DNA of 64,000 nucleotides, from positions 32,366,001 to 32,430,000 of the forward strand of contig CM052817.1 of the NCBI GenBank assembly GCA_028534125.1. The letters run 5' to 3'. Below, one piece after another: positions 23,598 through 36,500 of the stretch. The stretch comes from Lama glama. Its lineage: Eukaryota. How positions within the stretch are numbered: position 1 is the first letter of the stretch; each line of letters begins with the position of its first letter. Under the pieces are notes generated by a model, which did not search any database, was not told the DNA's origin, and worked only from the letters and a program-made list of their open reading frames with translations. The position numbers and the translations under genes are program-made.

Positions 23598-25582
23598 TCA
23601 CTCATGCCCCATGAAGTAAAATATTTGCCTGACTTAGAGTAGCATGAGAATTAACTTGATGCCAATTTTAAAACTAATTCTGAGTCCAGAAACCTCAGAA
23701 ATGGGGTGCAATGAGTCCTATGAGAGAAAAAAAAATCTTCCCAGGGGTTTTTCCCCCGTTGAAGTCACGTGAAGTGTTTGGGGGTGTTCCAGCTTTCTGA
23801 GGGCTGACTTACTGGTTCTCCGCCTCCCAGGCTGATGCGAGCAGTGGCACTGGGCCTCCCGCCCCTGCAAGGACAAGTTTGCTTGGGGCCGTTTTGTGCT
23901 CAGGCAGCCCTGTACAGAGCTTGGGAGGTTTCTGACAGGTCTCAGGCTGCCCCCCATCTCAGGAATGTGGGAGACGTCACCCCAAGGCCCTGAGCCTTCA
24001 CCCCTGAGTTACTCAGTGGATGAGAGCTTCCACTGTTGCCCCACAGGGAGTGTCCCTGGGTGAAAGCAGGAGCCTCCCCCACTGGACGGCTCCCCGTGTG
24101 TGTTCGGGCTGGAGGACAGTCACTAGCACAGAGTCCGCAGGGCCTGTTTTCTGCAGAGGAGCGTGAGGCCTCGGCAGGACGCGTGTCAGGAACAAGCGGG
24201 TGCAGAAGGAAGACGGGAGGTGACCCCCTGATGGCAGCCCCTGTTGGGGCACCTTCCTGAAGAAATATGGCGTCAGTCTGGGTTCCTTATCTTCTCTGCT
24301 CTTCCTTCTCCCTTTCTCTCTCTCTCTCAGAATTTTACCTGACCCAAGAAGAATCCCTGTGATAAGGCTTTCCTGTCGGAGCTGGGAGTTAGTGCCTTTT
24401 GGGCACCAGGAGGAGGGAGAGAGTGATTCGGTGAATGAAAAAGATGTTTTTGAAAGGGGACAGAGAGAGAGAGAGAGAGAATTGGTAGGAGTGAAAATCA
24501 TAGCTAAGAGAAGGGGGCAGGTAGCTGGATAGGCCTGGGGGTCTCACCGTTTGCTTCCCCTCTGAGGTGGCACCAAACTGTCCCCTCCCTCTTGTCTCCT
24601 CCCCACTCCCTGCCCCCAGAACTGCCCAGCCCTGCCCAGCTCCGTCAGTCAATGAGAACCGACCCCTGAGCCTCTGGGCAGCAGTATCAGGCTGCTTGGC
24701 CTGTGGGACTGGTGCCCAGGCCTTGGCTTCAGCACTGTGGGGGCCCATCTCTCCTCTGCCTGTGGTTTCCCCCGTGAACGTGAGCAATTCACTTAACCTC
24801 CTAGAGACTCACTTTCTCCTTGGATAACATGAGATCTTTTTGAGAACTGAACTTGAAACAAGGCAAAACAGGCACTAGAGAGCTGAGCTGAGAACCCAGG
24901 TCTCCACAGAACATTGAAGAAGCAGCCAGAATAGTTAAACTGTCTCTTGCTCAACAAACTTAGCATCTCATTTCTCTGCATACCCGCTCCAGTCCCACCC
25001 CTGTTCCCCCAGTGCTGTGGTTCCTTTCCCTGATTCCCAGGCTCTCAATTTTCTGGTTTTCAGTTCCCAGGCAGGGGCCGGCGTGGGCACTTCTAGAAAT
25101 CCTGCGATTTGACTCGTGAGAAGTTGCCAGTGAAGGCAGGATGCTATGTTAGCCAAGGAAAACCTGCTGTAGGGTGTACAGGTTGCCAGATCCAACCTGG
25201 TTGTCCCAAGGGCTTTGGTGAAAACACATCACTGCTATTTCTTGAGAAAGAATAAATATTTTTGAGAAGTAGTAGTTAAGGATTGTGCAGAAGAGAGAGG
25301 ACTGAATAGCACATTGTTTTAATAGGAAGGGACGCAGACATCTTAAATACCAGGGGCACCCCGCTGCATTACTACCATAATTATTCTGAAATATTCAACA
25401 CCACTGTAATAAAAAAGCAAACCACTCATGAAGCTGGGGAACTTCACCGCTAAAGCATATGTCCTACAGCATAAAGAACTCTGAGCGTTTGGGACAAAAC
25501 CTGGGAACCAATTCCTTTTGTAATGAGACTTCTCTGCAAAGACTCTCCCTATGCTGTGTCTGTAGAAGTAACCAGTGTGATT

Positions 25583-25612
25583 TCTGGTCTGGTCTGGTCT
25601 GGTCTGGCCTGG
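25583..25612 (+). repeat. (TCTGG)n pentanucleotide repeat
   Basis: tctggtctggtctggtctggtctggcctgg. Confidence 0.9.
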
Positions 25613-28600
25613 AGCTCTGATGACAGGAAGAGAGGCTCCATTTCCTCTCTGTATGACTAGCTCTTGCGGCCAATAGAAGTGTTTCCAAGAAGCCGTGTTT
25701 TGTCTAGTCCTAATGGAATTCAACGGCTAAAGGCATTATCCCTTCTGCTCTGCAGATGCAAGAGCTTCGTAACACACCAGTGGTCTCAACTCCAACCCCT
25801 CCTTTCCTATTAAAATATATGACAGCAAGGAGTCTCCACACTCATCATGTTAGAGTCGGAGAAAATTTGCCTCGGTGATGTGTTATTTTAATCTTGAGCT
25901 CACCAAATCCCTTGCCTGGTTGGATTCACTTTTAATAATTAAAAACCCAATTAACTCCAATATATAAACACAGGGAACATGTAAGCTCGTGTTTCATTTG
26001 GAGCCCAGCTTCAATGAACGGCAGTTTATGGGCTCTTACTTTCTTCAGTGTGAACCTGCAGGGGCTAATTACCCAGCCGCTGCGTCTCTGACTGCCATGT
26101 GCTTCCCTCACTGCAACTTTAATCAAGACCAGACTTCGCTTGATGTGAAATAAGATCTGAAGGCCCCTAGAAGTCATCCTCATGAAATCTGAGCGGCTGG
26201 AGCCCACAGACTGAGAGAATCTGATTTGGAAACATCATTTCCATGCTAGGTTTCCAGTCTCTCTTAAAGGGAACAACAGCTCAAATCTTGGACCCCGGAA
26301 AAATTGCATGTGATCCCAGGGCTTCCTGTGAACCTGAACTTGGCTGTAGACCTAATTTCGGAAGTGAGAAATAATTTTTTGGACGATCATATGGTTGGAT
26401 CTGCCATCTGTTGGGATCAACGGGTTTATGTAGGGTTTTTTTTTTCCCCTTGCAAATTAGCAAAAAAGAACAATGAACATTGTTATAGGTCAAGTCTTGC
26501 GTATGAGTTTTTTTTTCTTGAAGACTTGATTTAATTAAAGCAGATCAACAGAGCCACAAGGAGGCCTTGTGGGAGTTGAGAAAACTGCAAATACATTGTC
26601 CTTTGCACAAAATGAAATGAGAAGTGGGGTCTGGAGCTGTTACAGGGTTTTGTGGATACTTAGGGAGAACAGAACCCTGAGACAGAGGACAGCTGGCTTG
26701 TTTCTCCCAGGCTTTGCTTGGGGTGTGGGGTCTTCTCTGCCCAAAGACTTACTTTGGTTGAAGTGAGAAACCTCAGTGCCCGTGATGTGTCCATTGTCCC
26801 AGAAAACCTTACCAGTCTTTGGTGGCAAATCTGGAGTTTTTCATCCTCATTTGCTCCACGAAAAGTGAGCTAGCTGGAGAAATTGGATTCCTTCTCCTGC
26901 TCTGCCACTTCCTGGTTTATGACTCACATCTTTTATCTTTCACTATTTGTGCAAGAAAGGCGATAATGTTTCTAGACCTACCTCGTGAGACTTGTGTGAG
27001 ACAACAGTTATGGAAGGAAGCAGATTATTAAAGTGTCTAGCAGTTCTGGTGAAGTCACAAATGGCTTCTCCTGAATGGGATATGAAAAGAGAACTGTGTT
27101 TGTATGTAAGTGATAAAATGCCTCAAGAACTCCTCTTATCTCTAATTCCTTAGAGGAGTGGGAACCGATTTAGTCCGACCCAGTTTAAAACTTGGTCTGA
27201 TTCCATGATTTAAAGTTATTCATGTTTTGTATGTCACCCCTGTAGATAGATGGAAAAAATGGTAGTTTAACTCTCAATGTGTACCTTTGATTTTTTTATG
27301 TAAAAATTAAAATCAGTACTGAAAAAGAAAAAAATGAAGTTTTTCATGTTTAATCCAGTGTCTCGGGGAATATAGTTCCCAGTGTTTCAGACTTCTTCCT
27401 TCTTTCCCCTACTCTTTTCCGAGATGGTGCCCAAGCGTGCAGGAGATGGGCTTCCACAGTCTTGTAGGAAAGGGGTCTTGGGACGTAGTGCTGGAATTTC
27501 CACATGCACAGCATGTGTCCCCCTGAACTACGGCTGGCCCGGTCTCACCCTTGAACGTTCTGCTGGCATCTCTGCTGATGCGGCAGGTTCTACATGTGCG
27601 GTCTGGTCTTTCTCAGGTGGGTCAGGATCTAGTTGCTCTTCCCTGTCCCCTGACTCCCACCTCTTTTGGAAGGCCCTGCCATGGGTCCATACAACTCCTG
27701 GTCCAGGCTGTCTAGCCGGCAGTAGAGGCTTCGGGGGTGCTTGTTTCACTCAAAGTGGGCACCATGCAGGTCGCTGGTTTCAACCCAGCATTCATGAAAC
27801 ACAGGAGACTGGGGGCCCCAGGAGGGCAAGCTGAAAGCTCTCTGTCACATTCCAAGACACTGTCAGTTCAGGGTTCTCCTGCCCAGCGGTCTCCAGCTGG
27901 TCCCCAGCAGCCCGCAGGGCAGGAGCTCCTCGTAACTAAGCCGCTGAGCCTTCTCCCCACTCAGGAGGAGGGAGCTGGGCACATATCCCATCTCTGCCTC
28001 TGCCTCACTTCGTTATCCTTCTAGGCTGATGGGGCAGGCTTCTCTTTTACCCACCTTCCCGTCTACTTGGGTTTCCTGCATCAAACTCCTTCTGTGGGTC
28101 TCTCCTGCAGTTTTCTCTCTGCTTTTTAAGGCTCTCTTTTTACCAAATTATTCTCTATTTTCTCCCAAATTAGGAAAGAAATACATATAATAGAAATGTT
28201 TAATAGCAGTTACCTCTGAGGAAAGCCAACAGGGGTGAGCATTTTTGTTTTAATTTTATACACTCTGGGATGTTTGAATTTCCAAATCATGTGAAGTATT
28301 ATTTTTACTCTTTCTGCAATATCAAAAAGGGTGGAATACAACTTTCCTGAGATAACTTAAAGATGCAATATTTAATCTTAGAATATTTAACTGTGGTAGA
28401 AATGATGGGCACAGAAGAAATCTTGGTGCCGTAAACTAGATGCTGGTAAAATTTGGTATGAAATAAAATGTAGGAATAAATCAAATCTCCATTGTAAGTT
28501 TGAAATAAAAAGGAATCAATACTAATTACATAATTTTAGTAAAATGAAAAACAGAGGTGGGGGAGGAAGCTTTTAAATAGAAAATTACCAAGTAGAAAAT

Positions 28601-28629
28601 TAACCAAGAAATTAGAGTGGCTTGTTAGG

Positions 28630-29096
28630 TTGTAGACTACCTTCCATATCTGTTTTCCCCACTTTCTCAGCAGAGTCTTGCGCAAGGTGCCTGCTGAAAA
28701 CTACATCCCCCAGCATTCCTTGTTGTTAAGTGTAGCCACGTGCATGTGTTCTGGCTAATGACGTGTAAGGAGATCTGGTGGGTGGGATTTCTGAAAAGGC
28801 TTTTTAAGAAGAGGAAACGAACCTTTCCTCTTCCTTTTTCCTTCTGTTGTAACTGATTTCCAGCAGTCTTCAGACCAGAATGGGGCCCTTAGATGTGAAA
28901 ACCACAGGCCGAGGACAGAGGAATGGGAGAATCAGAGAGGCATGGGTCCTAGTGACTTCATTGAATCACAATATCACCCTTGGAGGGCCTGTCTCCAGAC
29001 TTCTTTCACACAAGAGAGTACATTCTTGTGTGATCAATATATTATTTTTTCCAGGTCTCAGTTTACGCACAGCTGAATATAATTTCTAGCTGACAT
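28630..29096 (+). mobile_element. MaLR solo LTR (MLT1J-like)
   Basis: actacatcccccagcattccttg...gtgtagccacgtg...ttctggctaatga...gcctgtctccagacttcttt. Confidence 0.75.
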
Positions 29097-29939
29097 GTTG
29101 GCTTTATTATGTTTTCTGAAAGATGGTTTTTGGAAATTCATCAATATTTATATCATTCAATTCTGATTGAAACATATAGAGAAATAGTCCTTAGTATCAA
29201 GAGCTTGAGATCAAAATTTCCATCAGATCAAGATGGCAAAGTGTCCTGTACTCTGAAGATATACTTTTAAAAGTAAAAATCTCTGTACAATTTAAGGATT
29301 TATGTTATTGAGATGTCATATGGCAACTTCAAACAGATTCCATTTTCTCTCATACTTTTTCAAATCTTCAATTACAAACGTCTTTCATGGCAGAGGTTGC
29401 TGGGAAAATACACATCTCATGGCCTACTCGTTCATTCTATCTGGACACCCTGTTCTCCAACTGGGCTCAAATACCTGTGGTTTGCATTTGCCTGGGGCAG
29501 GGCAAGTGCAACCAGCTGGGAGATTTCAGTGGGAAATTCTTGATTAAATACAATGGTTGTGTAACTCAGATATCATCTGAGGTCTCCTGCGCCCTTGTGA
29601 TCTAGACAGGAGTGGCCTAACCCCCCAGATAAAGATCTCAAATGAAGTTCAAAGTCCACCCAAGATTCTGAAATTCATTGTTACTCCTGGTTCTGATTTC
29701 CTGTGTCCTCTGAAGTCTTGTTTTACATTCTGTATCAGTGCTGTTTCAGTTTTCTCTGTCCCATTCTACTCCAAATTTAGAATTTTCCTCCTGATCTTTC
29801 TCCCCAAAACAATTGTGAATACACAGCTCTGGATTATAGTAGAACTTTTACTAAAGGTCCATGGATTATGAGGAAGCTTCACAACACCACACTGCACAGT
29901 AATCAGTGTAAAATTACATATTAAATAGTTTTATTCTGT

Positions 29940-30766
29940 TTAGACTTTATTGAGGTATAACTGATACAGAAAAAATTGCACACATGTATTGTATATATCT
30001 TGATGAGTTTGGACATATGCATACACCTGTGATATCATCACCACAACCAAAGTACAAAACCTAGGCATCACCTCCAAAAATTTCATGTGTTCCTTTGCAT
30101 TTTATTTTTTCCTGTAAGTACACTTGAGATCTATCCTATTAACATATTTCAAAGTGCACAGTGCCATGTTGTTAGATATAGGTACTGTATTGTACAGCAG
30201 ATCTCTAGAATTTATTCATCTTGCAGAACAGAAATTTTACACCTGTTGAAAAACAATTCTGCATCCCCCTTTCCCCCAGCCCCTGGCAGATACCATTCTA
30301 TTCTTAGCTTCTATGAGTTTGACTATTTTTAAATACCTCATACAGATAGTATCATGCACATTTGTCCTGTGATTGATTGGCTTATTTCACTTGGCATAAT
30401 ATCCTCTCGTTTCATCCATGTAGTCACAAATGGTGGGATTTCTTTTTTAAGGCTGAATAATATTCCACTCTATGCATATACCACATTTTCTTTATCCATT
30501 CATCTGTCCATTTGGGTTGTCTCCAACCTAGTCTTGGTTATTGTCAATCATGCCACAATGAACATGGGGGTATAGATATTTCTTTGAGTTCTTGATTTCA
30601 GTTCCTTTGGATATGTACCCAGAAGTGGAATTGCTGGGTCATGTGGTAATTTTATTTTTTACATTTTTGAGAGCTTCCATATTGTTTCCCATAGTGACTG
30701 CACCATTCTGTGTTCCCACTAAAGTGTGCAAGGGTTTCAGTTTCTCCACATCCTTGCCAACACTTA
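29940..30766 (-). mobile_element. Older L1 (L1MA-like) 3' region
   Basis: tttattgaggtataactga...cagcagatctctagaatttattcatcttgc...cccagaagtggaattgctgg...ccacatccttgccaacactt. Confidence 0.9.
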
Positions 30767-30783
30767 GTCTTGGATGTTGTTTT

Positions 30784-31737
30784 CTTTTTTTTTTTTAACT
30801 GAGATATAGTCAGTTTACTATGTTGTGCCATTTCTGGTGTACAGCACAGTGCTTCAGTCACACATGAATACACATATATTCATTTTCATATTCTTTTTCA
30901 CCATAAGCTATTACAAGATATTGAATATAGTTCCCTGTTCTATACCGTATAAACTTGTTTATCTATTTTATATATATTAGTCAGTATCTATAAATCTTGA
31001 ACTTCCAGTTTATCCTTTCCCACTTCCTTCCCCCCAGTAACCATAGTTTGTTTTCTATGTCTGTGAATCTGTTTCTGTTTTGTAAAAAAGTTCATTTGTC
31101 TTTTTTTTAGATTCTACATATAAGTGATATCATATGGTATTTGTCTTTCTCTTTCTGGCTTACATCACTTAGAGTGACATTCTCCAGGGCTATCATGTTG
31201 CTGCAAATGGTATTATTTTATCATTTTTTATGGCTGAGTAGTATTCCATTGTATAAATATACCACATCTTATTTATCCAGTCATCTGTTGATGGACATTT
31301 AGGTTATTTCCATGTCTTGGCTATTGTAAACAGTGCTTCTATGAACATTGGGGTGCAGGTGTCTTTCTGAATTAAGGTATCCTTTGGATATATGCCCAGG
31401 AGTGGGATTGTTGGATCATGTGGTAAGTCTTATTTTCAGTCTTTCGAGGAATCTCCATACTGTTTTCCACAATGGCTGCACCAAACTGCATTCCCACCAG
31501 CAGTGTAGGAGGGTTCCCTTTTCTCCACACTCTCTCCAGCATTTGTTATTTGTGGACTTTTGAATGATGGCCATTCTGACTGGTGTGAGGTGGTACCTCA
31601 TTGTAGTTTTGATTTGCATTTCTCTGATAATTAATGATATTGAGTATTTCCCCCATGTGCCTATTGGCCATTCATTGTCTTCATTGGAGAATTGCTTGTT
31701 TAGGTCTTCTGCCCCAAAACAACCCAATCCAAAAATG
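30784..31737 (-). mobile_element. Young 5'-truncated L1 with a short 5' inversion and a 17-bp TSD
   Basis: Poly-T, 3' UTR and ORF2 C-terminus ([57 protein letters not shown]). TSD gtcttggatgttgtttt at 30767-30783 and 31738-31754. Confidence 0.95.
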
Positions 31738-32029
31738 GTCTTGGATGTTGTTTTAAGACATCTGTCACCACCAGCATCTCTCCCTAGCTCTGCCACACTG
31801 TACACTGCCCAGGCCGCTTGCTGCTTTGCTAGCTCTTCTTCTCTCTTAATTTCCTTTCTTTCTCCTTCACCCACGTATGGCCTGAATTACCGCTAGAAAT
31901 TCCACGCTCCTCTAGCTCAGTTTCCTGCAGCCCTTATTCCCCCTGCACTGCCAGGCCCATTTTTTCAGGACCAGAATCCATCAAGGTGTTTGGTTGAGTG
32001 AAAACTGTCATTTCTTTAGTTAAACGATC

Positions 32030-32174
32030 CTCCCTACAAGGAAGAGAGCTCTCACTTCTTAGTCCACTGGCACCTTGATCTCAGACTTCTGGCCTCCAGA
32101 AATGTGAGAAATAAATGTTATTTAAACTACCCAGTCCATAATATTTTGTTACAGCAGCCAAGCTGACTAAGACA
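32030..32174 (+). mobile_element. MaLR LTR 3' fragment (MLT1A/B-like)
   Basis: ggcaccttgatctcagacttctggcctccagaaatgtgagaaataaat...gctgactaagaca. Confidence 0.85.
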
Positions 32175-32329
32175 ATTGCAGTCTGTGAATGCAGGCCTAA
32201 AATGGCCACACCCTACAATTTTTACAAGAAAAGCTGACATTTTTTGGTATTTAAAACAACAAGTGAGCCAAATGAAACAAAACTGTAAGCTGAAGGCGGC
32301 CTCTGGGTCACCACTTTGCAGCTTCTCCT

Positions 32330-32525
32330 GTGATGATTAAGAGTTCGGGCTCTAACATCAGAAAGGCAGGAGCTTCTCAAGGCAGAGCACTTATTAGCTG
32401 TGTATCCTTGGGCCAATTCATTTATCTTCTTTGAGGTTAGTTCTCTCATCTGTAAAGTAAGCATAATAATAGCACCCTACGGAGTTAAATGAGATCATTT
32501 AGGAAAAGTAGCATGGTGCTAGACA
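32330..32525 (+). mobile_element. MIR SINE
   Basis: cacttattagctgtgtatccttgggc...ctcatctgtaaagt...ataataatagcaccct. Confidence 0.8.
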
Positions 32526-32539
32526 AAAAGAAAATGTTA

Positions 32540-32900
32540 AAGTGAGCTAATCTGAAAAGGCTACATACTGTATGATTCCAACTCCATGACATTCTGGAAA
32601 AGACAAAACTATGGAGACTGTAAAAAGGTTAGCGGAGGGAAGGAGAAACGAATAGGTGGAGCACAGGGGATTTTTAGGGCAGTGAACCTATTCTGTATGA
32701 TACTATAATGGTAAATACACATCATCATACATTTGTCAAAACTTGTAGAATGTACAATACAGGGAACCCTAATGTAACTATGGGTTTTAATTAATAATAA
32801 TGAATTAATATTATCTCATCAGCTGTAACAAATATGTCACACTAATACCAGATGTTAATAATAAGGGAAACTGGTGGTGGGATGAGAAGATAGATGGGAA
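32540..32900 (+). mobile_element. L1MC-like 3' UTR fragment
   Basis: ctgaaaaggctacatactgtatgattccaact...cattctggaaaagacaaaactatggagac...gtggagcacaggggatttttagggcagtgaa. Confidence 0.85.
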
Positions 32901-32957
32901 AAACATGTTAAAATGAATAATGGTTATTGATGATGAAGATGATTATGGTGATTATCC

Positions 32958-33522
32958 TTGTATCAAGCAGTTACTTCTGTAGACCAAGCCACTGCAAATC
33001 TTCGTGGTTTAAGACAATAACTACATATTATTGGCCACAAGCCCATAGGGCAGCTGTGTGGTTCTGAGGACCTGGGCCAGGGTTGGCTGATGTCAGCTGG
33101 ATTTGCTCATCCCTCTGCAATCAGCTGCAGACCAACAAGCTCGTCTTGGCTAGACTCTGTCACGCAGGGCTCTTGGACCATGTACCACATGTACTGTAGG
33201 TACCAGTGGGGGTCACAGCTTGTAGAATCAGGTCAACTGACCATGGGCCATGTGTTCTTTCATTCTCCATCAGGCTTGCTCAGGTCTGTTCACGTGGTGG
33301 AGGCAAGGGTCAGGGAGAGGGGAGAGTGCAATGCCTTGAATGCTGTCACTTCTTCCACATTCTATTGGCCAGAGCAAGTTACAAGCACCGCCCAGATCCA
33401 AGAACTGGGGACTCAGGCTGCATCTCTTGATGGTAGGAACTGCAATACTGCATTGCAAAGGTCATGGATGCAAGGAAGGAAGAGGGATAATGCAGCTGTT
33501 TCATTATCCAGACAATCTACCA
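32958..33522 (-). mobile_element. MaLR solo LTR (MLT1H-like)
   Basis: gggcagctgtgtggttctg...cacattctattggccagagcaagt...gcccagatccaag...catctcttgatgg...aatctacca. Confidence 0.8.
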
Positions 33523-36500
33523 AACTGAGGATAATGGAGATTTCTTCTTATCACCCCTCAACCTGCTCTTAAGATTCTTTTTCCAGATTTAATTGGCTAT
33601 ATCTCTGTCACATTTTCTTTTTCCTATCTGGAGGTTTGGATTGGAAAGCCGAACTTGACAAAAGCCTAAAATTTTAATGCAGAGAGACTAAGGGAATACA
33701 AAAATCACTCACGTCTGCTACCCAAATCTGCACTGGAAAAATCTGGACCTTAAAATATGGGAGATGTTGTGAAAGGGGTCTATAAACCTGTCACAGTCCT
33801 CGTGAACATGTGTCAACAACTCTAATTTTGTGTTATCAAGAGCAATGATTTTTGTTGCTCAGTTACATTGGAAAAAGAAAATTCAACTCCATTTACCACA
33901 ATTTATGAAGTCCTGAGACACCCAAACATGACTCATAACCTTTGCTGGGAGGATAAGCGTAAGAGCTGCCCTGGGAACAAATATGGCGCTTATACTGTGC
34001 TTAACTTGGCTGGAGAAATTCAGTGACATTTGAGGGAAAAATGTTCTTACAACTTATGCACCAAGGGCCGTGGGGCTCACCATCTGCCCTTGGGCTGTTG
34101 TTTACTTCTGTGGACAAGCAGTGCGCAATTTACTGGAAAAGTATTTTAGAAAACCCCCAAACCACCACATTATGGAGAAATAGAGTTGAACATTTTCCAG
34201 TTTTGTGGTTGAATTTATAGTCTTAGCCCTAAGAAAATATTTAAAATCATCTTCATTGACTCAGTACTTCAGATGAACCAAGGGGAGGACCCTAAACACC
34301 ATTAACTGCTGAAGGCAAGTGTTGAGTTTACCCCTGCCCCAGTGTGTCACTGACAGCCGTGCTCTGTCTTGTCCTCTCTTGACCCCAGGATGTGGGAGAC
34401 TCCTTTGAGTGAGCAGAAGCTCTTCCTATCTCCTAGGGGGTCTGGTTGTGCTGAACACTCCCGCACCTCTCTCTTTATCTTATCCCTCCTCTTAAATTCT
34501 GCCAGGGAGGCAGTAATTCTCAAAGCAGTCTTATTTCTCCAACACTCAGGAGGCAGTTGTGGGAAGGTTTTCTGCCAGCCAGAGGCCAAGGCAAAGTGCT
34601 AAAGTTGCTGCCTCTCTCCTTCCGTGTTTTTCAACCTTGGATGTTTCTAGAATAATGTTTCCCAAAGTGTATTCCGTGGAACACAGTTGGATGAAATGAT
34701 TCTCAAGAAAGGGTTCCGTGGGTTCCCTCAAGGGCACATGTTTTCTAACACTTAGCACAGCATCTGGCAGGGAGCAGGGATTCAGTGACTACTTGCTGAA
34801 TGACTGAATTAGATCAGTGTTTTCCAAAAGCGTTACATGAGGTGATTTGGCCCAGTTGCAGGATTTTGCATTTTAATGATTTTGTGCTTGTTTTAATGTG
34901 TATTGGTAAAAAGACACTTTTTTTTTTCATGATTTAACAAATGTTATTGCTCAGAGCATGGCTCATGTGAAAACACGAGCTGATTTAAAGAAAAACATTA
35001 AGCAAATGGAAGGGCGGTTGGTAGGCAGATATAATGAAAATCGCAAAACTAATATATGAATGACTGGAGTTTAAGGAAACACTCAGTTTATTGCATCCTT
35101 TCTGAGCCAAGGCTCTGAAAGGGAACGGAGCATGGGAGAGGGTAAGGACCGCTGCCTGCGGGAGAGAAGGGCCACACTTACTTTCCCTTAAGGCTGGAAA
35201 ATCACACTCCAATTGCAACAAACAGGAAGTAATACTTTCTTAAATTCACTCAGTTTGCTGATAAACCATAATGCTTGGTCAAAGAATCCTGGTGACAGCT
35301 AAAATATAAAATAAATAAATGCATAATAAAATATAAACATATAAATAAATATAAGTATAAAAGACAAATGAGACCAGAGATTCCCACCCAGCCACTCCAA
35401 AGTGGGGCTTGCTCCGGGTCCCTGTAGGTAGGTGCCCAATGGTTTCAAGTTAGGGTGGATGGGACTGAATTGGGGCATAATGTGACTTTGGTTATATATA
35501 TGTATATAAATAATAAGATACTTGAATCAGATCAGCTGCTTTCAACTCTTTTGTCCTAAGAATATCTTCCTCAAATGAAATCCTACTTAAAAATCCTAGA
35601 CAAATAAAAATAGGATCAAAATGAATCCTATTGATGCAGCTGATGGGCGAAAAGGGTTTGGGCAGAGGGGCTGAGGTGTGGAGAGGCTGAGCTGCTCCTT
35701 CTTGGCCTCACCTCATCTTCTGCTGTGATCCTCAAGTACAGTTTGAAGACCCCCCAGATGAGATGGTTCCTGAGGTTTCCAGCAGATTGAAAATGCTAGC
35801 TTTTAACTTCTTTGGTATCGTGAGAATCAGTAATGTCCAAAGTGCATAGGGTAACTTGCATCAGTGTTTTCCTCATATTTTTCATGGAAACATTTAAGAG
35901 CATAAGAAAGAATTCACATGCTATCCTCACATATCATGCCTGTCCAGTCTGGAAAGGTAGCCGAATGCATGAAACTTTGAGAACTCCAAGTTTATCTTAA
36001 GGGGCACAAAGCAGTTCCTACTTGTCCTCCTGATCAGTGCATATTATATACGTCTATAAATTGGAGGAACTGGATTGAATGGAAGAGAACAAATGCTGAA
36101 CATCAGGTTGGTGTCTGGTAGTTTCTCTATTCTTTTGGTGTCAGATTTTGATAACCCAGATTTGTATACATAAGAATATAAAAATACCAAATGTGTATTT
36201 CCCCACAGATTTTTGAGTGAATTGATGCTTCAGGGAGATGTCTCCCTGAGGCTTTGTGTACTCATGGTGCACCTTAAATTCCTGGGGAGTGTGCATCTAC
36301 CTGATATTGGGTATCAAATATACAGTTGCTAAGGTGCAGTGTGTAGATATGGGGAGATGTTTTATGGCATTGACCAGAAGTGATACATGTTTTCACAATG
36401 CAGCATTGTCTTTAGCTTGGACTTTCAGTGGGAAGTGACTCTTGCCAACAAAGGATGCACCTTCCCATTTCTACAGGATGTTCCCTAAGGGGGGAACCCA

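Noticed and set aside
31416..31874. 152-aa ORF as a functional protein
   Set aside because: It is a truncated L1 ORF2 C-terminus fused by chance to flanking DNA.
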